A program made the position numbers and the translations under genes. DNA of 64,000 nt from Acidimicrobiia bacterium. Its GTDB lineage: Bacteria > Actinomycetota > Acidimicrobiia > Acidimicrobiales > Aldehydirespiratoraceae. The stretch is from NCBI GenBank assembly GCA_024421095.1, contig JAHQYM010000001.1, positions 14,089 to 78,088 of the forward strand, in the 5' to 3' direction. Positions within the stretch are counted from its first letter, which is position 1. Each line of letters opens with the position of its first letter. Below are positions 1-7,530 of the stretch, in pieces. The notes beneath the pieces are model-generated. The model was not told the origin of the DNA. It made no database searches and saw only the letters and a program-made list of their open reading frames with translations.

Positions 1-1391
1 GCCAACAACGAACGGTAAAAAGCGGTCTCAAAATTGGCCAGCGTGTGAGCGTTACCAAGAAAATGATCACCGTGAGGGTTAGTGCGAAACGCCTGCATAG
101 CTTGGCCGTTCTCGCTCATATCTATACCACGGGCATACACACCCATCATCCCCAGTTGGTCGGCATCCATCACCAACTTCTCAAACCCAAGAGCCAACCC
201 ACCTTCGAGCCAACCCGCCGCATGCAACACGAAGTTCACGCCAGCTTCAATAGTTGGAAGGATCGTGGAAGCCGACTCGTAAGCCGCTTGAGCATCAGCG
301 GTTTTAGATGAAGTGAACTGCCCACCAGAACGAAACGGAACCCCCACCCGCCGAGCCAAAGCAGCCATAACATTGATCGCTTGGCCAGCCTCGGGTGTGC
401 CAAAAGTGGGCGCGCCCGTGGCCATCGACATAGAAGAAGCAAAAGTGCCGAAGATCACTGGCGCGCCGGGTCGCACAAGCTGGTAATAAGCCATACCCGA
501 CAGCGCTTCAGCGAGTGCTTGAGTACACAAACCGGCAACCGTCACCGGCGACATCGCCCCGGCAAGAATAAACGGTGAAATGATCGCTGCCTGATTAGCA
601 CGCGCATACTCAGTAGCAGCGCCCAGCATCGTTGCATCCCAACGCAGCGGTGACGAAGCGTTGATCAAAGAAGTCATCACGGTTCGGTCACCCAGATCGC
701 CACCAAACGCGATACGGGAAAGCTCAATCGAATCGGCAGCCCGCTCAGCCGCGGTTACCGAACCCATATAAGGCTTGTCGCTGTATTTGATATGTGCGTA
801 AACCATATCAAGATGCCTTTTGTTGACCGGCACATCCACCGGCTCACAGACAGTCCCACCTGAATGATGCAAATGGGGGAGCATAAACGTCAACTTCACG
901 GCATTTTGGAAATCCTGCAGCGTTGCATAACGCCGCCCCTGGTCTAAATCGCTCACGAAGGGAGACCCGTAACTCGGTGCGAAAACGGTGGTATTAGCAC
1001 CGATTTTGACGCTGCGCTCAGGGTTGCGAGCGTGTTGGATGTAGACGGCCGGGGCGTGAGCAGAGATGATCTCGCGGCACATACCCCGGGGAAACTTGAC
1101 TAGGTCGCCATCAACATCGGCACCCGCATCACGCCAAAGGTCAAGCGCGGAAGGGAACTCCTGAAATGCCACCCCGACTTCAGCCAAGATCGTGTCGGCA
1201 TTCTCTTCGATCTGCGCCAGGGCCGCTTCGTCCAACATCTCCACAGGAGGAAGCTTGCGTTCAAGGTAAGCAACAGTTTCAGCGGTCGCGGCGGCTCGCG
1301 CGGCTTGACGGCTGGCTCGGCCTCCAGCACGGCGGGCGCGCCGCGCAGTGGGTTCAGCGTTTGCATCAGAGTTGCGCTTTGTGGCAGTCAT
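1..1391 (-). CDS. MttB-superfamily (COG5598-type) corrinoid-dependent methyltransferase, non-pyrrolysine form; C-terminal end lies beyond the window start
   Basis: Absent from the ORF track because it runs off the left edge. Hand translation of the minus strand from ATG at 1391 (GAGGAG upstream) gives MTATKRNSDA...LDEAALAQIEENADTILAEVGV...NPERSVKIGANTTVFAPSYGSPFVSDL...LHHSGGTVCEPVDVPVNKRHLDM...LINASSPLRWDATML...SPFILAGAMSPVTVAG...GAPTFGTPE...AGWLEGGL. The frame is open for all 463 visible codons with no in-frame TAG. Confidence 0.85.
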   Translation of the reverse strand, partial: MTATKRNSDANAEPTARRARRAGGRASRQAARAAATAETVAYLERKLPPVEMLDEAALAQIEENADTILAEVGVAFQEFPSALDLWRDAGADVDGDLVKFPRGMCREIISAHAPAVYIQHARNPERSVKIGANTTVFAPSYGSPFVSDLDQGRRYATLQDFQNAVKLTFMLPHLHHSGGTVCEPVDVPVNKRHLDMVYAHIKYSDKPYMGSVTAAERAADSIELSRIAFGGDLGDRTVMTSLINASSPLRWDATMLGAATEYARANQAAIISPFILAGAMSPVTVAGLCTQALAEALSGMAYYQLVRPGAPVIFGTFASSMSMATGAPTFGTPEAGQAINVMAALARRVGVPFRSGGQFTSSKTADAQAAYESASTILPTIEAGVNFVLHAAGWLEGGLALGFEKLVMDADQLGMMGVYARGIDMSENGQAMQAFRTNPHGDHFLGNAHTLANFETAFYRSLL

Positions 1392-1407
1392 AAGTACTCC
1401 TCGGGTG

Positions 1408-3474
1408 TCACCGGGTAGGGGCTGGGGCGTTGGTGGTGCGACCGCGCCGCTTACGCGCTGCGCTGGTCGTTTGCGGCTGGCGCAAAGGAAGGTCAACCAC
1501 CTGAGACAATTCAGGGGAAGCTGCGGTTTGGTGAGGAAACGCCATCGCGTTCACAAAAAGTTCTTGGAAACGTGGTTCGGTGGCAGTCTCAATTTTGACG
1601 ATGTGGTTCACGTCTTCAGCAATCTCTTTGCGTTGCGCCGCCGACACCAGCATGCGCACCGCACCGGCGCCCGACGCGTTGCCAACAGCGCGCACCGCAT
1701 GCACCGGACAATCAGGCACTAACCCCAACACCAACGCATAAAGCGGATCAATGTGGGTGCCAAACGCGCCAGCCAAGCGAATGTCAGACACCGTGTCAAG
1801 CCCAGCATGTTCCATTAGCAAATCTATACCCGCCCGTAAAGCCGCGCTAGCGAGTTGAATTTGGCGCACATCGTTCTGGGTGACGTAAAGCGGAGCGGGG
1901 CCCGCACGAACCACGTAACGAAACGTGCGCCCCTCGGGTTCCACAAAAGCTGAACGCTGCGCGCAGGACCCCTGAATAACCCCGTTGTGATCACACACAC
2001 CCGCCAAAAACATTTCCCCGATCGCCTCAATGATCGCTGAACCACACAACCCGGTTATGTCAAGATGCGCGGTGTCGGCAGCAAAGTTGGGATCGTCGCT
2101 CCAAAGCTCCGAACCAATCACCTTGAAGCGCGCCGCCAGCGTTGCACGGTCGATGCGCACCCGTTCGATAGCGCCAGCGGTAGCCCTCATCCCACTCGAG
2201 GTTTGCGCCCCTTCAAACGCCGGACCGGTCGGAGAAGAAGCAGCAAAAGTAGCAGTTGGTGTGCCCAGCACGATCTCCGCATTGGTACCGATGTCAACTA
2301 GCAATTGCGGCACCTCAGCTAAGTGGGTGCTCTCATTAAGCACCGCCGCCGCGGCATCCGCGCCCACATGCCCAGCTATACAAGGGCCAACAAGGGCTCG
2401 GGCGAAACGCAGCGAAAGGTCAAGTTCAGTTGCTCTCAAATCGACCGGGGAGCTAACCGCTAAAGTAAACGGTGCAGCACCCAAAGGAGTCGGATCAATC
2501 CCCAACAACAGATGATGCATGATTGGATTGCCGACCAGAACCAAATCATGGATGCGCCCGCGCAAATCCCCGCTAGGAAACGGCACCTCGGCGTTAGCCC
2601 CAAGATCATCAATAAGCGCGTCTAGGGCCTTGCGAACAGCCTTGGTGAGTTCTTTGTCGCCCCCCGGGTTCATCATCACATAACTGACCCGGCTCATCAA
2701 ATCTTCACCAAAACGAATCTGCGGGTTCATCGCACCACTGTGGGCGACCACCTCTCCCGAAGCCAGATCCACCAAATACGCGGCGATAGTTGTACTGCCA
2801 ACATCAACCGCTAACCCATAAGTCGCCTCATCGAAACCAGGTCTGACTGCCAACACGGTACCGTCGGTATGCACAATCGCGGTGACCCGCCGGTTGCCTT
2901 CGCTAATCGCCGGACCGAGTTCGGGGAGCACCCGAGCATCAACCTTGGCAGCACCGACACCCCAATCAGTTTCAAGTGCTTGTGCTAGCAACTCACTTTG
3001 TGAAGTCTCGTCGCCAAGTACCTGCTCAGGCAACTCCACGTAACGGGCAAAAACCAAAGGGTCGACAGTGAGCCCCGCTAGATTGATTTTCTTGCGAACA
3101 ACCGGACGGTGAACCGCGCTGTCAACAGGCACATCAATGACCGCTGCGGCACACACAACTGCTTGACACCCCAAGCGATTACCGGGCTGGATGGGACGGC
3201 GACCCCGGTAGTTTTCTTCGCTTGCAGTCCAAGGACTCAACGCCGCCGAGGTGGACGAAATACGCCATTTGGCGAACTCCCCGATAGAAGGTGTTACTTG
3301 GCAACGACCGCACAACCCCCGCCCACCACATGTCGAATCCAGATCAATGCCCCCAAGCCGTGCCGCGTCAAGCAGGCTCGTTCCGACCGCGACGGTCGCC
3401 TTCACCCCAGAGGGCGTGAAAACCACCGTTACCGTATCCTCGGCATTCAACGGTGTAGCCATCGCAAGATTCAA
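1408..3474 (-). CDS. Corrinoid reductive activase-type protein (N-terminal 2Fe-2S ferredoxin plus ASKHA/DUF4445-like ATPase; RACo-like)
   Basis: 688-aa ORF. Has a plant-type ferredoxin Cys pattern (DSTCGGRGLCGRCQV ... GCQAVV) followed by ASKHA-like phosphate motifs (GLAVDVGSTTIAAYLVD, LLVDIGTNAEIVLG). The start is TTG 3474 (4-nt overlap with the upstream stop) or ATG 3462. Confidence 0.8.
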   Translation of the reverse strand: MNLAMATPLNAEDTVTVVFTPSGVKATVAVGTSLLDAARLGGIDLDSTCGGRGLCGRCQVTPSIGEFAKWRISSTSAALSPWTASEENYRGRRPIQPGNRLGCQAVVCAAAVIDVPVDSAVHRPVVRKKINLAGLTVDPLVFARYVELPEQVLGDETSQSELLAQALETDWGVGAAKVDARVLPELGPAISEGNRRVTAIVHTDGTVLAVRPGFDEATYGLAVDVGSTTIAAYLVDLASGEVVAHSGAMNPQIRFGEDLMSRVSYVMMNPGGDKELTKAVRKALDALIDDLGANAEVPFPSGDLRGRIHDLVLVGNPIMHHLLLGIDPTPLGAAPFTLAVSSPVDLRATELDLSLRFARALVGPCIAGHVGADAAAAVLNESTHLAEVPQLLVDIGTNAEIVLGTPTATFAASSPTGPAFEGAQTSSGMRATAGAIERVRIDRATLAARFKVIGSELWSDDPNFAADTAHLDITGLCGSAIIEAIGEMFLAGVCDHNGVIQGSCAQRSAFVEPEGRTFRYVVRAGPAPLYVTQNDVRQIQLASAALRAGIDLLMEHAGLDTVSDIRLAGAFGTHIDPLYALVLGLVPDCPVHAVRAVGNASGAGAVRMLVSAAQRKEIAEDVNHIVKIETATEPRFQELFVNAMAFPHQTAASPELSQVVDLPLRQPQTTSAARKRRGRTTNAPAPTR

Positions 3475-4370
3475 GCGATCCTGCGACGGTTACCACGCCG
3501 CCGAGCGCGGCCTTCGCCTTCGCCTAAAGGTACTCGGTATTCACGAATCCAGGCTGCACAATCGCGGTCTTGGCCGGCCAACACATCGGCTGCCATGACC
3601 GCGGTTTTCACCTCCGGGTGCATCGGGTTCATGATCGCTGAACTCATCCCCGCGCCAATAGCCATCGCCAAAAACGTGCCAGTAATCGCTTGGCGGTTCG
3701 GCAAACCGAAACTCACGTTGGATGCACCGCAGGTAGTATTGACCCCCAACTCATCACGGAGGCGGCGCACCAGCGCAAAAACCTGTTTGCCAGCAGTACC
3801 CATAGCGCCAATCGGCATAACCAGCGGATCAACTATCACATCAGCGGCGGGAATACCGTAATCGGCGGCAGCGTGAACAATCTTGCGGGCAACCTCAAAA
3901 CGCACATTAGGGTCTTCGCTGATTCCGGTTTCGTCGTTGGAGATCGCAACCACCGCCGCCTCCGCCTTAGCAACCAACGGCAAAACCCGTTCCAAGACCT
4001 CGTTTTCACCAGTGACGGAATTGATTAACGGCTTCCCCTCATAAACAGCTATGCCAGCCTCAAGCGCCTCAATGATCGACGAATCTATCGAAAGCGGCAC
4101 GTCGGTCACTGATTGCACCAGCTTGATAGCTTGGCTCAAAAGAGCCGGCTCATCGGCCAAAGGAATACCAGCGTTGACATCGAGCATATGTGCGCCCGCT
4201 TCCACTTGCGCGATGGCATCGGCTTCCACACGACTAAAATCGCCGCTCTTCATCTCCTCGGCGAGCATCTTGCGACCAGTCGGGTTGATGCGCTCACCGA
4301 TCATCACGAACGGTCGATCAAAACCAATAACCACTTCCTTTGTGGCCGAACTGATAACGGTCTTAGTCAT
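3471..4370 (-). CDS. Methyl-corrinoid:tetrahydrofolate methyltransferase (pterin-binding domain; MtgA/AcsE/MetH-module-like)
   Basis: Pterin-binding barrel motifs VMIGERINPTGRK, MLDVNAG, PLSIDSS, LINSV, GASNVSFGLP. ATG at 4370 (MTKTVISS...) is preferred over the ORF-track start 4412 because it overlaps the upstream stop by 8 nt. Confidence 0.8.
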   Translation of the reverse strand: MTKTVISSATKEVVIGFDRPFVMIGERINPTGRKMLAEEMKSGDFSRVEADAIAQVEAGAHMLDVNAGIPLADEPALLSQAIKLVQSVTDVPLSIDSSIIEALEAGIAVYEGKPLINSVTGENEVLERVLPLVAKAEAAVVAISNDETGISEDPNVRFEVARKIVHAAADYGIPAADVIVDPLVMPIGAMGTAGKQVFALVRRLRDELGVNTTCGASNVSFGLPNRQAITGTFLAMAIGAGMSSAIMNPMHPEVKTAVMAADVLAGQDRDCAAWIREYRVPLGEGEGRARRRGNRRRIA

Positions 4371-4713
4371 AGTGCAGGTCTTCTTTCTCGTCTTGGGGTT
4401 CGAGGCCACCATTTTTGACTATGGCTTCGAGCCGGGTCTTGTGGAATTGCTGTTCGAGTTGTTGAGCGGCAGCACGCGCGGCGGTCGCGGCATCGTCTAA
4501 TACTGTTGTCGTTTCACGGCGCCATTGCTCAACGTATAGCTGAGTTTCGGTTAGCCCCGCAACATGAGCCGCGCGGTCAATGGCGTGTTGAAAACGCGGC
4601 TCTAACATAATCTTCTCACCGCGGCCCGAAGGTGTAGTGGCGGTTATCTGCGCGGGGATGTCACGCCAGTAAATAACTTCGTAGCCGCGCTTGCGGTTGC
4701 GTCTCCCGCTCAT
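4363..4713 (-). CDS. Small conserved hypothetical protein (116 aa) embedded in the corrinoid operon
   Basis: ORF MSGRRNRKRGYEVIYWRDIPAQITA... The YWRDIPAQ motif resembles, from memory only, a small family annotated as virulence factor that travels with DUF1638. ATGA overlap with the upstream gene at 4710-4713. Confidence 0.6.
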   Translation of the reverse strand: MSGRRNRKRGYEVIYWRDIPAQITATTPSGRGEKIMLEPRFQHAIDRAAHVAGLTETQLYVEQWRRETTTVLDDAATAARAAAQQLEQQFHKTRLEAIVKNGGLEPQDEKEDLHYD

Positions 4714-5384
4714 GCGAGTGCGGGCTCCTTACGGGAAATTTGCAGGACCTCCTGCTCAAGTTCACCGTAACCGGTGCCGAGTCGTTCGAAAGCCAAACCG
4801 AGCCGTGCGGCTGCGGCGCGGGCTTTGTCGTCAAGGGCGGGATCGTTAGTCTGCGCCAGATAGATCATCTTGGTGTAGTTGCCAAAATACATCTCACGCA
4901 GTTCAGGGTGAGCAGCAATTCCCAACCCTTCAATAATGATCCGTTGAAAATGTTTCACCAGGAAATCAGTGAGATAAAAAACCGTTGGGTCGTCATCATG
5001 CATTGCAGTGAAACGCTGCTGGCCTGCGAAGAACTGATAGCAGTGAGCGCCAGGCAGCATCTCAATAGTTGTGCCAAGTTGTTGGAACTCAGCACAGACA
5101 TCTTTGATTTCACCAGCGGTTCCACAGTCGGCATAGCCAATAAGAATGCGTTGGTACCTATGGTGGCAACGATGCAACCGCTGACGTAACGCAGCAGCGA
5201 TCTTTTCTGGGCGGTTATGAAACGAAGCCGGCAGGCAATCAAGGGTGACGTTGCTGAGATTGTTCAACATCGCGATGTCACGGATTTCTCTGGCTAAGGC
5301 ACCACAGGCGAGTATCAACACGGCCGGCGTTTTTGCGCCGACTTTCGCTGGTTCAAATTCCAAGGCGGTACCCACCTGTATCAT
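4710..5384 (-). CDS. DUF1638-like protein of unknown function
   Basis: ORF with VLILACGALAREIRD...LPASFHNRPEKI...LIGYADCGTAG, which I recognise as DUF1638-like. ATG 5384 (MIQVGTA...) forms an ATGA overlap with the corrinoid-protein stop, so it is preferred over the ORF-track start 5450. Confidence 0.65.
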   Translation of the reverse strand: MIQVGTALEFEPAKVGAKTPAVLILACGALAREIRDIAMLNNLSNVTLDCLPASFHNRPEKIAAALRQRLHRCHHRYQRILIGYADCGTAGEIKDVCAEFQQLGTTIEMLPGAHCYQFFAGQQRFTAMHDDDPTVFYLTDFLVKHFQRIIIEGLGIAAHPELREMYFGNYTKMIYLAQTNDPALDDKARAAAARLGLAFERLGTGYGELEQEVLQISRKEPALA

Positions 5385-6106
5385 GCGGCGGCGCGGCGTT
5401 CTTGCACTAACTGTGAGGCAACTTCGGAAGCGACTGCGGCATCGCGGCAATAAGCATCCGCACCGATAGCCTCACCGAACTCTTCGTTGAGGGGTGCGCC
5501 ACCCACAATGATGATGAAGTCGTCGCGCATACCCTTTTCGATGAGCGTGTCTATCACTACTTTCATATAAGGCATGGTGGTGGTAAGCAGAGCCGACATC
5601 CCCAAAATATCTGGTTTGTGTTCTTCAAGAGCAGCTAGAAACTCATCAACATCAGTGTTGATACCGAGGTCGAACACTTCGAAACCGGCACCTTCAAGCA
5701 TCATCCCAACAAGGTTCTTACCAATGTCGTGGATGTCACCCTTGACCGTACCGATCACGATGCTACCAATAGGTTCAGCACCAGTTTCAGCTAGCAACGG
5801 ACGCAGAATCGTCATCCCCGCTTTCATAGCCTTAGCGGCAAGCAGCACTTCAGGCACGAACAAGATGCCGTCACGGAAGTCGATGCCCACGATGCGCATA
5901 CCCTCAACTAGCGCATCGTTGAGGACCTTGTCGGCGGGCCAACCCCGTTTCAATAAAATACGGGTGCCTTCATCGATCTCGTCATCTAATCCGTCATAAA
6001 GATCGTCATGCATCTGCGCGGTTAGGTCTTCATCATCTAGCGCGTTCAGATCAATATCGTCTAAGTCTTCGTCAACGGCAAGATCGTTATCGGGTTGGTT
6101 GGTCAT
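5381..6106 (-). CDS. Corrinoid (cobalamin)-binding protein, methyl carrier
   Basis: B12-binding Rossmann domain with the DxHxxG signature (GTVKGDIHDIGKNLV) and GMSALLTTTM. ATG 6106 (MTNQPDN..., GGAG upstream) is preferred over the long ORF-track start 6376. Acidic N-terminal cap region. Confidence 0.85.
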   Translation of the reverse strand: MTNQPDNDLAVDEDLDDIDLNALDDEDLTAQMHDDLYDGLDDEIDEGTRILLKRGWPADKVLNDALVEGMRIVGIDFRDGILFVPEVLLAAKAMKAGMTILRPLLAETGAEPIGSIVIGTVKGDIHDIGKNLVGMMLEGAGFEVFDLGINTDVDEFLAALEEHKPDILGMSALLTTTMPYMKVVIDTLIEKGMRDDFIIIVGGAPLNEEFGEAIGADAYCRDAAVASEVASQLVQERRAAA

Positions 6107-6327
6107 AGGACGGCTCCAAGAATTGTGGTGGTCTGGAACATCCGCGGAACTGCTGTCCCGCATTGTGGAACCGTACCGTATCATGAAACACGCAACCCCA
6201 AATCGATTTTTTGCAAATCTTTTTGAAGGAATTTTTGCGAAAGTGTTGGCGAGGCTTGGCTTGGCCACCAACGTTAGCCTTTGGCTATGACAAACCCTGA
6301 AAAACTGCCGCCAGCGAAGGGCATTTG

Positions 6328-7530
6328 ATGGCACACATTGGCCAAAAACAGGCAAGTCTGTCGAGCACTCAAGCAAGACGGATTTGTCTAGCTGCCCAAG
6401 GCTTTAAAGGGCTCCGCCCAAACGGACGAGTTGACCGCCGCCACCTGCGTGCGGTCATGTCGAAGATCGGTTTGTTGCAGCTTGATTCGGTGCCGGTGGT
6501 GACGCGCACGCAATACATGTCATTGTTCTCACGCCTCGGCCCATACAGACCCGAACTGCTAGATGAGATTGCTTACCGTGACGACGAATGGTTCGAAGCT
6601 TGGAGCCATGAAGCGTCACTACTAGCGGTTCGTGACGAACCGTTGTTGCGTTGGCAAAAGCAACGGGCGCGCCGCGGGGAAACGTGGAGTCACCTCGCAG
6701 CGCTGGCCCGAAAAGACCCAAACTTCGTTGACGAAGTACTTGCACAGGTGCGTCACAAACCACTCACCGCAAAGGAGTTAGTTGACCCCCGCCAGCAAAG
6801 CGGCCAATGGTGGGGTGGCCGCTCGGAGGGATCGATTGCTTTGGACTGGCTCTTCCGAATCGGTGAGTTGGGTGTGCGTCGCCGTGCCGGTTTTCAAAAA
6901 GAATTCGACCTGTTAGAACGGATCGTCCCCAAAGACATATTGGCCATGCCGACACATTCTGAACCAGACGCGCAGCGCAGGTTGCTAATGCGTGCGGCAG
7001 CAAGCTTCGGAGTTGCCACAGCTTCTGACTTGATCGACTATTACCGCTTACCGAAAGTGCCCTGCAAAACTCGAATCGCTGAACTCGTGGAAGACGGTCG
7101 GCTTATTGAGGTTAACGTGCAGGGTTGGAACCGACCCGGGTTGCTTCACCCGCAAGCAGTTGCGGCTCGCTCAATCGATGTATGCACATTGTTGTCTCCG
7201 TTCGACCCGGTGGTGTGGTGCCGCCCGAGAGGATTGCGCCTCTTCGATTTCGATTACAAAATTGAGATCTACACGCCGGCTGCCAAACGGGTTTACGGCT
7301 ACTATGTTTTGCCTTTCTTGTTGGGCGATTCGATCGTTGCACGGGTTGATCTCAAGACCGACCGGCGTGCCGGTGTGTTGCTCGTACAGGGAGCCTTCAA
7401 AGAACCAGGCCACCCCCAAACCCAAGTGGCTGCAGGGTTACGTCACGCGCTCAACGACTTGACTCGGTTCGTCGGTTGCGAAACTTGGAAGGTCACCGGC
7501 ACCGCAGGCGACCTAATCAACGCACTCTAA
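6328..7530 (+). CDS. Winged-helix DNA glycosylase-like protein (YcaQ/AlkZ, DUF1006-type)
   Basis: About 400-aa ORF. The N-terminal QARRICLAAQGF...LLQLDSVPVV (Q-hydrophobic-D motif as in YcaQ) and the C-terminal YGYYVLPFL...VDLKTDR are typical of the family as I remember it. Confidence 0.7.
   Translation: MAHIGQKQASLSSTQARRICLAAQGFKGLRPNGRVDRRHLRAVMSKIGLLQLDSVPVVTRTQYMSLFSRLGPYRPELLDEIAYRDDEWFEAWSHEASLLAVRDEPLLRWQKQRARRGETWSHLAALARKDPNFVDEVLAQVRHKPLTAKELVDPRQQSGQWWGGRSEGSIALDWLFRIGELGVRRRAGFQKEFDLLERIVPKDILAMPTHSEPDAQRRLLMRAAASFGVATASDLIDYYRLPKVPCKTRIAELVEDGRLIEVNVQGWNRPGLLHPQAVAARSIDVCTLLSPFDPVVWCRPRGLRLFDFDYKIEIYTPAAKRVYGYYVLPFLLGDSIVARVDLKTDRRAGVLLVQGAFKEPGHPQTQVAAGLRHALNDLTRFVGCETWKVTGTAGDLINAL

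Noticed and set aside
1-1391. Possible pyrrolysine (in-frame TAG) in the MttB homologue
   Set aside because: Hand translation of all 463 visible codons shows no in-frame stop of any kind. The unseen C-terminal part cannot be judged.
6107-6327. Possible cobalamin riboswitch in the leader of the corrinoid operon
   Set aside because: I could not find a B12-box-like core (GCCACTG context) or the expected conserved GGGAA / GGTG elements on the minus strand. A covariance-model scan would be needed to be sure.
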